Part shown: positions 25,367-40,213 of the stretch, piece after piece
Layout: every line of letters starts with the position of its first letter
Position numbering within the stretch: position 1 is the stretch's first letter
Assembly (NCBI GenBank): GCA_020536535.1
Contig: JAHLWZ010000389.1
Location: 1 to 59,200, forward strand
Direction: 5' to 3'
DNA from: Pelomyxa schiedti
Lineage: Eukaryota > Protista > Evosea
DNA: 59,200 nt
The notes under the pieces: model-generated
What the model saw: only the letters and a program-made list of their open reading frames with translations
The model's database searches: none
Told to the model about the DNA's origin: nothing
Program-made: the position numbers and the translations under genes

Positions 25367-25453
25367 ACACCAGCCCCACCAATTTCACAAAAGAAAACCA
25401 AGGAAAAAGCCATCAACATCAAAGTTTTTTCGTTGAACTACAATCCTTCAGAA

Positions 25454-26842
25454 ATGGGGGCGTTGGTGTCACCAGACGCACCGCCGACATCGCCGCACCT
25501 CGACGTGGTCATCGACGCAAAATCACAGTTCGTGGCACTGGCATTCGCGGCGTCGCCCGTGAATAGCATCGAAAACCGGAATGACGTCACCACCGCACTC
25601 CGTCGATTCCGCTCCAGAAACAACATCAGGGCAGGACGATGTGACGCACACGTGATTGCTGTTGTGGGGTCACTGATGAGGCACATTGGTGAGAACCACG
25701 TGGTCAGGCCGCACAGGCACATGGTCATGTCACTCGATGCAACACCCAGCGATGCTGATGCAGGGCACTCGGGGAGAGAGGTGCGCTTGCACGTGTGGAT
25801 CGATTTGTCACCAACGCTGGGTGTTGTTCACAGCCAGGTGGTTGTCACTCCCCCGCAGCTTTGGCTTCTGTCGCCAATTGATGTCTGTTGTGATGGTGGG
25901 AAGGAAGAGAGGTGGTTCGTCTTCAACGACTATCGGTGGCCAACTACAGAGGATGTACTGAGGGTCATGGACCACTGTGGGAAGGCGCATGGAGTGCTGG
26001 CTCGCTTGTCTGCTATAAATGATCGATATATTACCTTCCTGGTCTGCAACACAAAGTGGCTTGTCATTGGATTCTACACACACATGAAGATACTGAGAAT
26101 CAATTCAAACCGTTGGGTGGTGCCAAAATCCTGTGACAATGGGGAGGAAATCAGCGATGAGGATGCGATGATACTGTCTGACACCAATCCTGGTTTTGTG
26201 CCTGTGTCTGTGCCATTTTCTGGAAGCCTGTGGTACCGGCATGTTTCATTTCTTGCTGACAGTGAGGATCAGATTCTGATGTTGGCTGGTGGAGTTCGCA
26301 CAGTCTACTCTGATTTTGCTCATCTTGTCGATCTGAATGCGTCTTTTGAAACCATGAGTCTTTCTGTGATCTCAACCCATCGGCTTCCCTCCGGCCTTGC
26401 GAATGTTGAATGTGCTGGAGAAGTTTTGGTCGCAAGGCCAGAAGTAATACCGGGGATATTCAGGGTGTATGACGCAAAAACGGAAGAGTTCATTCACACG
26501 TTTCCCAAAGGTTCCACTGTCGTTCTTGCTGGTCCTGACTGTGTCTGTGAGACACACGAAACCACCACAGGAACATACGACATTCTCCACATCAAATCGC
26601 TCGGCAAACCACTGTATTCCCTTCCAAGCACCACCACTGTTCACACTGACCAGTTGAGTGGTGTTCTGGCCACAACAGAAACTGCACAACACCACCGCAG
26701 AGTCACAACGGAAGCCACAGCAACAACCCCACCACCAGTTCTGACTGTCAAGTTCCAGGATGCCATCACTGGTTCTGTTATTGCTGTGTTGCGTGCTCCC
26801 AACATGCGGGCGTGGTCCCCTTATGAAGGTGGAAAAGTGTAG
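25454..26842 (+). CDS. Intronless QFVAL-family member D (~462 aa)
   Basis: Single ORF with the same motif series as members B and C, to which it is clearly a close paralog. Confidence 0.85.
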   Translation: MGALVSPDAPPTSPHLDVVIDAKSQFVALAFAASPVNSIENRNDVTTALRRFRSRNNIRAGRCDAHVIAVVGSLMRHIGENHVVRPHRHMVMSLDATPSDADAGHSGREVRLHVWIDLSPTLGVVHSQVVVTPPQLWLLSPIDVCCDGGKEERWFVFNDYRWPTTEDVLRVMDHCGKAHGVLARLSAINDRYITFLVCNTKWLVIGFYTHMKILRINSNRWVVPKSCDNGEEISDEDAMILSDTNPGFVPVSVPFSGSLWYRHVSFLADSEDQILMLAGGVRTVYSDFAHLVDLNASFETMSLSVISTHRLPSGLANVECAGEVLVARPEVIPGIFRVYDAKTEEFIHTFPKGSTVVLAGPDCVCETHETTTGTYDILHIKSLGKPLYSLPSTTTVHTDQLSGVLATTETAQHHRRVTTEATATTPPPVLTVKFQDAITGSVIAVLRAPNMRAWSPYEGGKV

Positions 26843-27049
26843 GTTTATAAGAATGACTCGAAACGCTCCAAATTTAATCACAAGATACAGACAGAGTTAC
26901 CCTGCACACAATTGTGTCAAAGTGCCAAATCAACTTGATGAGTGTGGTCATAAAATGAAATCTAATCACAAGTAACCATCAGCCAGCTAGCTCACGCACA
27001 CAACGATCATGAGAAAAGTAGATTGTCCGACAACATCCAACAGCCACTT

Positions 27050-27904
27050 TTTGCAGACAATCAATATGTTGCCCGGCCGTAGGCCTCCTTTGTCACCCAA
27101 CTCCGCAAGCAACCCCACAAAAACCAAGCAAAGGCAAAGGCACAGTTACAAGCGCAGCCTCAAACAGTCGTCAAGGCCGGTGCTGTTTTGTCGGCCTCCT
27201 GCCAAACTGGGTTGTTGCAGAGCTTATTGGGAGGAGGTGGGTGTGTGCTGTCGAGAGAGCCGCCCTGTCGACTTTCACTGACAGGCCTGGTGAGGTGCTA
27301 GGCCCCTGTGGGACTTATGACAAACACGTTTTCTTCAGCCTGTCTCGCACTCTCGGCATTGTTGTAGCCCCGGTTTTCCTTGACATTATGCTTTCAGTTC
27401 CTGGGCTGGATCAGACCTGACAAGGTTGTACAATACTGGGCTGACTGGCTGGACAAGGAAATAAATTCCATTGTTGTGGCCTGCCCACGAGGTGGGAATA
27501 AACAGAAACTGGCCAGAACGCCGGGCATCGATGGAAGGTCAAAACCAATGGTGGTATGTAACAGGTTGTGGATTGTGCTATTGGCCATGACCAATTCTGA
27601 ACCCATGTTTGCTGTATGGAAGGTTCTGGATTCCGGTATTGCTGAGCAGAGTGTTAAATGGATGAATCCGAGCAAAAAGCCCCGCCTCAATCGCCCATCA
27701 GACTCCGATACCAACAAACAATACCACCTCACCAACCAGCCAACTCCATGCATCACACTCCAACACCGCCCTGGAACACAGGCAGTGGTGGCTGGATGTG
27801 GCCTGATTGCGACCAGTACTGTGGGGTATGTGGATGCCACGCCGAAGGATCTGTCCAGGTTGCGTGGGCACACATACCACACGTCATTGTTTTCCAGCCT
27901 CTGA
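27050..27904 (+). pseudogene. Degenerate QFVAL-family relic (member E)
   Basis: ADNQYVARP* then QSLLGGGGCVLSR in one frame, HVFFSLSRTLGIVV in a second frame (27325), and CNRLWIVL back in the first. That implies at least one stop and two frameshifts. Confidence 0.55.
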
Positions 27905-28029
27905 GGAGCATAACATCTAAAATGGGACTCACACTTTTTATTTTTTGGGTCCTCAGGATCTTCAGGGTTTCTCTCAATAAAATAAATCCTTTATTTTTGT
28001 TTCAATCAAGTCAAGGGACATCAAGGGGC

Positions 28030-30681
<2,652 letters not shown>

Positions 30682-30977
30682 TTATTTTATGGTTGCGTGT
30701 CTCTTTGGTCGGTGATTTGGTTTTTTTAATAAAAAGTAAGGTGGCTTAAAAGCGGTTGCTTCTAGAATTCGCAGGGGATTACGTTCAAATTCCTCTCCAT
30801 TTAGAAACAGAAGATCAACGCCTTTTCCACTGCGCAATTGAAAGGGCACGAGATAGAATAGAACCGAGAAAAACAACAGAAGGGTCATCGACATTGAGGG
30901 TTACCCAATGAGAGCAACTAAATTGGTTAATGCACAAAGGAAGTGGGTGGTTATGCATTCCATATCACTGGTGGTGA

Positions 30978-32132
30978 TCATGGGCTCAGGGTAAATACAT
31001 TGGAAATTCGAAGGTTACATTGGAGAGGAATAGAATCGAACCTAATGCTCAGGAGGTCTGCAGAGGTGAATACATCAAGAAGTACCAGAGATGACTTGGA
31101 AGTGAGCACATGAATGAATAGGCCGTGGTACATTTTGTCATCACTGAACACAGTTCCAGGGAGGTTGTCCTGTGGCAGAGGAACAGGCATGGGGAGCACA
31201 GACTGAGGACTGGTACCACTGATGTTGTAAATCCTGAGTGCGTGGGTATCTATGCTCAGCAGGCCAATGTGAGAACTATCAACACATTTTAAACTATCTC
31301 TCCAGGTCATTGGAATTTCAAAATATGTGCTTTCATTGACAATGGCTACAGTGTTGCCGTCAGGAATGCACGTCATGGCAAAAAGATAACTATGAGAGGA
31401 ATAGGAATAAAAGAAATCATGAAGGCACCCAATCCCAGAAGGACCATTGAACTGAACTCTTGCGGAAATAAAGGTGGTGTTATCGTTATAGGACCGTTCC
31501 AGATCAATAGTCAAAACCTCAAAGTAGGCTCTTCTGGGTTGAAGGCAAACAGTCAGAGCATTGCCGACACCGAGGTGGAGCGCAAGGGGTCCATGTTCAA
31601 AATGTAAGTTAGTCCTCCTTCTTGGTGTTGATACACCCCAAAGACTGATTCCTTCCAAATGCACCAATACAATCCACCGAGAATTGCAGAAGGAATGCAC
31701 CAAACCACCCCCCATCAAGTGCACTTCAAGTGGTTTAGTTTCAGCCGCAATATCAGTCAGAACCACCTCCATATGCCCCTTTATCACGGCCTTGGTTTCG
31801 CTGATCCACCCAGCAACGCAATTTCCACTGTACAAACAACGTGGCAGCACAGTGACACCCATTGTAAGAGAGAATCCAACAAGTACATTGCAGTACACAC
31901 TGACGCCAAATATATCGCAACTGCGTTTGGCGGGCATGTCATACAGCAACTGCACCACAAGCCTCAGGCTGGTCCTCAAGACATAGGTCTCTCCCAGGTA
32001 TCTAATCACACTAGGTGTCAACAATCCCACTTGGCAACAACGGTCCTTTGCACTTACAATGCTGTCGGTGGCACAACGGAATGATGGGATGGCCAGTGCG
32101 ACGAATTGGTCTTTGGCCATTACTGCACCCAT
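30978..32132 (-). CDS. Intronless, divergent QFVAL-family member F
   Basis: Single ORF: MAKDQFVALA, SVIRYLGETYVLR, VLVGFSLTMGV, CNSRWIVL, LTIDLERS. Confidence 0.7.
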   Translation of the reverse strand: MGAVMAKDQFVALAIPSFRCATDSIVSAKDRCCQVGLLTPSVIRYLGETYVLRTSLRLVVQLLYDMPAKRSCDIFGVSVYCNVLVGFSLTMGVTVLPRCLYSGNCVAGWISETKAVIKGHMEVVLTDIAAETKPLEVHLMGGGLVHSFCNSRWIVLVHLEGISLWGVSTPRRRTNLHFEHGPLALHLGVGNALTVCLQPRRAYFEVLTIDLERSYNDNTTFISARVQFNGPSGIGCLHDFFYSYSSHSYLFAMTCIPDGNTVAIVNESTYFEIPMTWRDSLKCVDSSHIGLLSIDTHALRIYNISGTSPQSVLPMPVPLPQDNLPGTVFSDDKMYHGLFIHVLTSKSSLVLLDVFTSADLLSIRFDSIPLQCNLRISNVFTLSP

Positions 32133-32482
32133 GAGCTTGAAACTCAACGGCTCCGTTTGCCGTCCTTCCCGCGAACGAGTACCAGATACTCGGTAAGGGG
32201 GAGGAAAAAAATGCCCCGATGTCGTCATTGAGAGTCGTTGTCCCAGAGCCACAAACGCACTTTGGTTGAATTTGATCTGACTGTTTATGATTGGAGATCC
32301 AGAATCGTTTGGGCCAAAAGACGAAGTTCATCTCGAGAACGTTGGCCATTTTTCAGCTGAAAAAAGGCGTTCAAACGGAGCAGTTCGTGCACAGCATGCA
32401 TGTTTTGAGAAATTCCAAATGATCAAGAGTGCCACAGCGCAGAAAACAACCAAAAGGGAAGTTGTTTGTTGTTGGGCGCGTG

Positions 32483-35400
32483 ATGCTATCGATGTCGCAC
32501 CACGGCAAGCACCCCTCGCGAAGCTCCAAGTCGTCGGCCGCCCCGGACCTCGTGGCCCTGTCCACGTCTCCCTCCACCTCCCACCACCTCATATCCGGCG
32601 CCCTCTCCCTCAACCTCTCGAACCTCGCCGCCTCCTCCTCCTCCTCCTCCTCCACCAACTCCAACTCTAGCGGCGCCCTCCTCCACACCGCCCGCGAGAC
32701 CTCCTCCTCCTCAAACAGCACCAACAGCAACAACAACAACTCGTCCTCGGCCCACCGCCACAGCGTCTCCAACTCGGACCGCCGGTCCGCCTCGCCGTCT
32801 CCCACGCTCCAGCACACGCAGTCGCAGAAGGCCATCGGCACGAACGGGGGCGGCGGGGGCGCCCCGCCCGCCTCCTCGTCGGGCGTCATGCTGTCGCAGT
32901 CGACGCAGTGCACGTCGTCGCCGGTGGTGATCTCCAAGCACGTGTCCAAGCAGCCGCACCCCTACCGCTCCATGACGTCCATCGACCCCGGCTCCTCCGT
33001 CCCCGCCTCCTCCCCCTCTTCCTCCCCAAGCGCGCGGAGGACCGCCCCGAGGGGGGACCGGGGGGCAGCCGCCGGCGACCCCCACGGCGCCCACGGCGGG
33101 CAGCCCGCGGAGCCGAGGCGGCCGTCGTCGCGGGAGAGCTCCACGCACCTCAGCAGCGCCCCGCGCCACGCCGCCACCCGCGGCACACGGGACGACAGCA
33201 GCAGCGAGAGCAGCGGGAGCTACAGCGGCAGCTCGAGCAGCCGCGAGCGCGACCGCCGCAGGAGGAAGAAGCAGCACGGCGGGCACGGCGACCACGGCGG
33301 CGGCGGGGGGAGGAGCCACCCGTCGCGGTCCTCGAGGAGGACCTCCAAGAGGATACTGAGCAGCAGCTCGAGCAGCGACACCTCGTCGAGCTTCTCCAAG
33401 TCGGACGACGAGAGCGGGGACAGCAACAGGAGCCGGGGCGGCAACAGAAGCGGCGGCGCGAGCCCTATGTTCGAGTACGCGAGCGACGAGGAGCCCGACA
33501 GGAGGAAGGCGGCGTCCCCGTCCTCCTCGGCGGCGTCGGCGGCGGCGTCGCTGCGGCAGCAGGTGCAGTACACGCCGCAGCCGCCGCCGATCCCACAAGC
33601 TTCGAATCGCAGTCACCACCACGCCGCAAAAGATACGAAAGATTCGCCGCGCATAGGGAAGGACCCCAACTCGGCGCCTCCGTTCGGCTCTCCCAGCCAG
33701 TACATCCCGCCAAAGGATTACGTGCAGCCGCAACAGAGCCAACAGGCGCCAGCCATTCCAAAACTGCTATCGGGGGAAAGGCCCAGGCTGGAACGGACGA
33801 CGACCCCGATAACACCACTGTGTCCACAACCAATCAAGCCATCACTTCAGGAAGACACGACGCTACACAAACCAGTGCCGCAACATGACACTACTCCAAA
33901 ACAACCACAGCCGGAAGTACCTGCAAAGCAACAACAACTTGACACAGTCACAAAGCAACTAGAAATTTCAACTCCAAGACAAGAACAGTCCAATCTGCCG
34001 GTAAAGCAACTACAATCAGAAATTTCAACTCCAAGATTGGAACAACCTAATCTTACAGTAAAGCAACTGCAAGCTGAAATTGCAACTCCAAGACAGGAAC
34101 AGCCCAATCTGCCGGTAAAACAACTACAATCAGAAATTTCAACTCCAATACAGGAACAACCTAAACTTCTGGTAAAGCAACTGCAACCAGAAATTTCAAC
34201 TCCAAGACAAGAACAACCCAATATCCCTGTAAAGCAACCACAATCAGAAATTTCAACTCCAAGACAGGAANNNNNNNNNNNNNNNNNNNNNNNNNNNNNN
34301 NNNNNNNNNNNNNNNNNNNNNNNNNNNNNNNNNNNNNNNNNNNNNNNNNNNNNNNNNNNNNNNNNNNNNNACAGGAACAACCTAAACTTCTGGTAAAGCA
34401 ACTGCAACCAGAAATTTCAACTCCAAGACAAGAACAACCCAATATCCCTGTAAAGCAACCACAATCAGAAATTTCAACTCCAAGACAGGAACAACCCAAT
34501 ATTCCGGCAAAACAACTGCAAATAGAAATTGTAACTCCAATACAAGAACAACCAGATGTAACTATGAAACACCCGGACACAACAATTGCAAAGCCACCGC
34601 AACCTGAAATAACACCACAACCCTCCCAACCTGAACTATTCCCAAAGACACCACAACCTGAAATAGCAAAGCAATCACAAGCCAAACTGGCAGTTACCTT
34701 ATCCCCAATAAACTTATCCCCTTCTTCCTCACCAATACCATCACCAGTACCGTCACCATCACCGCCGGTTCCTGCTCTTGTAACTTCAGTTGCACCCAAT
34801 ACCTTAACCAATAGCCCAAGACCAGTACAAGTGTCAGAAAGTCAGACCATATCAGCACCAACAGTTTACACGAGCACACAAATGCCAGCACTTTCTAGTT
34901 CCACTGCGGTACCAACATCTCCGGTTCTGTCAGCCCCCACAGCCAGTCCAATAGTCACACACACCATACAAATAGCCTCAATACCGCACATTAGTTGCGG
35001 ATCATATTACGAGGGATCCGATACAAGTGATGAAGATTCCTCTTCCTCTGGGGAAACTGCTCCCCCAAATAAAGACCTGAATGAGGAAACCGCGCTTCCC
35101 GAGGCTTGCAACCAGAGCGAACAGGAGAGTTCACAGAATAAAACACCAGACTCGACAGCTTCCCTCACTTCAAGTGATACCAGTGACATTCAGTCTCATC
35201 CCAGAAGCTCTCTCGATGAACCGTCTACCACCGAGAGCCAGGTTAAGAGACACAAAATTGAGAATGACACTGCTTTGGGAGAGATCTCGTTAAAGAGTGG
35301 CCAAGAGGAAAACACTCCCGTCAACAAAGAGATTCCCTTACCATGTGCAGATATGCCCATTGCACCACTGGTGGAACAGAGCCACGCCGACCCTCCAGCA

Positions 35401-38400
35401 AAACATGGTAACCAAGCAGAACACAGTGTTCCAATCCAGTTACTGCAAGTCACTAAGAGTACTCCTGCATTAATACCCCCAAGTGACTCTCCCTCAATCA
35501 GGGGTCGAAGCCACAGCTATTGCGACTCCTATGGGAAAACTGTAAAAAATTCATCTCCCACTCAAACTCCTAGGAAGCCAGTGAGTCCAAATGAGCCAAG
35601 AAGTCCAATAAGTCCGAGAAGTCCGAGAGAACAGAGAAGCCCAAGAGTAGAGAATAGCCGAAACCGCAGTGCAAGTGTTTGTGGGGAAGACCAAAGTGGA
35701 ACTCTGTATTCTCCTTTGGAACATAGCATTCCCATGGAGATCTCCAAGAAAAATGGAACTACTCCCAGTTCCAACCATAAAACCACTGGAGCCACAGGAA
35801 CCACTCGTAAGCACAATGAATATAGTGTGAGTGATAATAGCGGTAGTTCCAGTGACAGCGGCGATGTGCATACATCAAAGAAAACGCGCCATGTTCACTT
35901 GAGATCGGAACTGCCTATGTCACACAAACAAGCTCTGCGATCAACATCACCATCACATACTCATGGTAGACACTCTTCACAAACACAGGCTGTTCAGCAA
36001 TCGTTCTCAGTTCACATTCACCACTCCAGACAGCGAAGTGGCAGTCCATCAGTGGATACAAAACGCAGCTCTACTCCTTCTCCAATGGGAGCACGATCAT
36101 CATCCCCACTTCTTGGTCCAGTTGCTCCGAGTGTATCATCACCAAAAATCAACACAGTATTCACCACAACAGGGGAAATAGGACCAACTTATACGCATTC
36201 TCCACCACATAGCCCTTTTTCTGGCACCCCTGAGCCTCCCCAGGAACTTGTGTACCCTCCACCAGCTCCCCCACCCCCGCCGCCACCTCCGCCACCTCCA
36301 AAGCTCAAAAAAACGGATATTGTCACCCCTTTTGGTAAATTTGTATGTACCTGACTTTAAATCTTCTACTAAAGATACCCAGAAAATTGGAAATATACTT
36401 GGACAAGGAGTGAGTGCCAAAGTTTTTCGCTGCCTGGCTCCAAGTGGAGAATTTGCTGCAGTCAAAAAATTCAAGAAAGAGTACACAAAGGGCAGCCTGA
36501 AGGCAATACAGGTAACCTTGATTTCTTGTAAACTGCTATATAACACATCTCACCAGGATGAAGTTGCAATATTAAATCGATTGGATCACCCTAATATCAT
36601 AAAAGTAATTGGGGTGCACGAAGATAATAACAGACTGTATCTCTTTTTAGAGTACTGAATCCAAAATTGTGGAAGTTTTCCAGTGCTCACATTCACAGGT
36701 TTGCGGAAAATGGAACTTTAGAGACTGTACTGGAAGTATTTCGTCTTGACGAGTCTCAAGTATGCGTATACGTCCGTCAGGTAAACTTCACTATTCTTCT
36801 ATGTAGCTTTAACATGACCTTTCAAAGCTAGTTTTGGCTCTTGAATATCTGCACTCCCACAAAATAGTACATAGGTTCCTCTTCACACCACTTCGAGGTG
36901 TTTCACTTTTTCTCATAGGGATCTCAAAGCCTCAAATTGCCTTCTTTCCAAGGTCTTTGTCTTTTGTATTTTACTGCGTTTTACTTACTCTTTCACAAAG
37001 GCGGGCACAGTCAAACTTGCAGATTTTGGTGTGTCTGTTGTTCTTCAGGGGGATAGCAGTGAATGTGTTCCTGCAGGCAGTCCCTATTGGAGTAAATTTC
37101 TTGTCTCTTTTTTTTTTGGTAACATTTGTTAAGTGGCCCCTGAGGTTATCATGAACGAGTGCCAAAATGAATTTTCTGACATTTGGTATCATTCCCATTT
37201 GTATCGTAGATGCTCTAAGCCATTTCTTGAAGGAGTTTGGGCATAACGACAATAGAACTTCTCCAGGGAAACCCTCCTTTCTTTGAGTGAGTATTGTTAT
37301 GGTTGTAAGGTTCCACTTATGGCTATAGTTCAACTGGAATGCAAGCCATGTTTAAGATCATCCAAGATGATATACCTATCCCAACAGAATGCTCACCTGT
37401 ATGCAGTGCACATTATGCTGTGTGGCTAACACGTTTGCAGCAACTTGCAGATTTCCTGAAAAAATGCTTAAATAAGGACTATTCTAAGAGACCTACGGCA
37501 TCTCAACTTTTGTCTCACCCCTGGCTCTCAACTCACACGGTGAAATTATATGACCCCGAAATGGCAGCAGTACGTGTAGTGCACTTCTTCATCTCAATAA
37601 TTTCTTGAAGTTAGTGAATAGTATTTCCATAGAGCAAATTTCCATCAACCTGTTTGATGCCAATGGGTATCTATTTCTTTCACTGTTGCATCTTTCTAAT
37701 TGTTTTTCCCTCGTGGCACCAGTGTTACACCTGACACTACCAATACAGCAGTTGGTGCTACGTCGTCATTTGCTGCAAATTATCACACGCCATACCACGA
37801 TCTCCTGAATAATCTCAAACAAGCCACTGCAACGATTCTTGCATCCCTGGAGAAAATATCTAATCCTCCCGTTCCTGAGTCTAAGCAGAAAAGTACTACT
37901 AAAACCAAACTTGAGGAGGATGAGAGAATAAGGGCTGCAACCCCTATCAATGAGCCTACCATTGGTAATCTTAATTCGCTAGTGACTGCACTAATACTTG
38001 CTAGATCCGCAAGAGCCCCATCACCGACGCAAATCCTCTGGAAAACTGCAGAGTAGTCCAAATTTTCAATTTAAGGATTCTAAACCACATTAGCGCTTGC
38101 AGCAACGAAGTCATCACAGAGACATTCAGCAAGTAACCTCATTGAAGTGAGCTATAGTGCGGCGGGAACACCATCCACACCAAGCCCAAAAATTGAGAGC
38201 TCTGCATCACCTTCCCGCATCACACCAGACAACTCGCCAGTGCACTCGCGGACGTCCTCTTATGAACGCCCTGTTGCTACATCAGTTTTCTTCCCTCCTG
38301 CTCCTGAAAAAGTACATAGAAAACTGGTATGCTTTGTCAATTTCCTTCCTATTTAAAACAATTGTTGTAGGTTACTTCTGCCATCTCTGGTCCGTCAAAT

Positions 38401-39745
38401 TCACATGGAATTAAACAAATACAAACAAAGCTGAGTGATGTTATGCGCAAAGACCACCTGAGAATAAGTAATATGCCGATCAGGGTAGGTTTTTTTGTAA
38501 CTACTGTACTGGATGGTTGATCTCTTGCAGGCTTCCTTGGTCTCCCACTTGGATCCAGTAGTTCTGCGACCTGGGAGTAAAGAGCACCAAATTTTATCCA
38601 TGGTTGTATCTAAGGGTGTTATATGGGTAAGCAGATCCACTATTTTATGTTCTACTTTTTTCATCTCTTCAAGGTTGCAGGCAATGATGGCCTTGTTTCT
38701 TTGTATCACTCCCAATCATTTGAGAACATGATCACTATTTGTTTGCACAAAACGCGAATTCTTTCCATGCATCAAGTCAAAAATTCTGTATTTGTTAGCA
38801 GTGAAGAGTCCGCGATCTGGATTGTTGACGAAGTATATATCCCTTCCATTTACTTTTTCGGTCTAAGAAATATAGACTTTACATTACCGCCGCTACACTG
38901 TTACAGATAAAGATCACTACCGCATAACCTACATCATGAGCAATAGCTCCCAACGTGGAGTATCCAAGCGAATTTGGTGCTGCGGTGTTTCCTCATACTC
39001 AACACAAATTTCCATCCTGAAGAAGGTATTTTCTAGTTTATAATAGACCAGGTCTAATAGTTCTCGCAGAATGGACACGTGCACAGCACTTTCATTCTGC
39101 CTTATGTAGTGCACAGCATGTTACTAGTAGGAGATAATATTTGGCTTGCATGCAGCCGAGGAGTAATTCGGGTGTATCCCGCAATGAACCCTGCAGCTTC
39201 AAGCCCAGTTCGAACCATCGATTTAGCTAAGTCCACCTCCACTCCTGAAAATCCCGAGTATATGTTGGTAGTGGGTTTGTATGTACTAGTAGCCATGGGA
39301 TCCAGAATTTATGTTCGGTCTCATGAAGGAAAAGTATGTGATTACCTCCAACCGCAATCAAATCAGCATCAAATTATATTAACATGGAAACGAAATTCCA
39401 CATCCCACCAGGAGACATATTCTAACTGGCTTAATACAGGAAATCCGGCAACTGGAACACTCACACACAGTCACAGACCTGTGCCTATTCCAGAACCTTG
39501 TACTTAGTGGGGACTCACACGGCCGCATCATGTGCTGGGCCCCCATGTCACACTTTGAGATGCTCAAACAATTCAGCTTCCCGCATCATCACCAAAGCAG
39601 CAGCACAAGCGGCAACCCATCAGCATCATCCACACAATCCACATCCTCAAGCATAAGAGCACTGGTTGCACTCACATGGAGGGATGTTCCTGTATTCTGG
39701 GCAGGGAATTCCAACAGTGAACTTTGTGTGTGGAAACCAAGGTGA
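32483..39745 (+). CDS. Large STE-family Ser/Thr kinase (Cdc7/Cdc15/SepA/MAP3K-epsilon-like) with a long disordered N-terminus and a probable C-terminal beta-propeller
   Basis: LGQGVSAKV, AVKK, HR|DLKASN, VKLADFG, GSPYW|MAPE and KRPTASQLLSHPWL. C-terminal WD-like strands VHSMLLVGDNIWLACSRGVIRVY and FWAGNSNSELCVW. The frame change across 34271-34370 is explained by the N gap. Confidence 0.85.
33961..34560 (+). repeat. Coding 57-nt (19-aa) tandem repeat, consensus about EISTPRQEQPNLPVKQLQS
   Basis: Units start at about 33961, 34018, 34075, 34132, 34189 and 34246, then after the gap at about 34408, 34465 and 34522. Confidence 0.95.
34271..34370. other. Assembly gap (100 N) inside the 57-nt repeat array
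   Basis: Run of N flanked by the same repeat unit on both sides. Confidence 0.99.
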
Positions 39746-40213
39746 GTCCACACACCTATGTGTCATATCACTACTAAGTACAAACAAAGAGTGTTGTAAA
39801 AAAAAACCACTAATTTTCCTGGTTAAAAATACCCAAATATTTCTCCCGAATACCACAATACCCATAATTGTGCAATGCCAAGAGGGAAGATACAGGTAGC
39901 GGTCAGAAACAGGGTGAGAGTCTGTTCGAAAGTGCTATGCTCATTGGAACTTCCCACAAGTTCCAACACACCACTATCGGACAACAGTTATGGGAGGCCT
40001 GAGCTCTCATCGGACTTCTTCCAATGAGGAGTTTTTGTCTCACCAGACAATAATCACTACGTTTTTTTTTCCCTTTTCCTCCCTCCTGGCGCAGGGGAAT
40101 GGTGACAAGACAAGGCCATCGAGAGCAACTGCCTCCCGGGCAATCAATTTTTTTTCGTCCTCTGAGATGGCAGCACTTTCCTTCCATTTATTCTTAAAAA
40201 TCAACGCCACAAA

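Noticed and set aside
33961-34560. 57-nt periodic array as a CRISPR array
   Set aside because: No unique spacers, the units are in-frame coding repeats, the context is eukaryotic, and there are no cas genes.
34371-34564. Frameshift between kinase ORFs 32429-34396 and 34564-36354
   Set aside because: The shift comes from the arbitrary 100-N gap length; the repeat frame is continuous on each side.
39903-40187. Short minus-strand ORF between the kinase and STT3
   Set aside because: No recognisable motif or convincing exon structure; probably promoter or UTR sequence.
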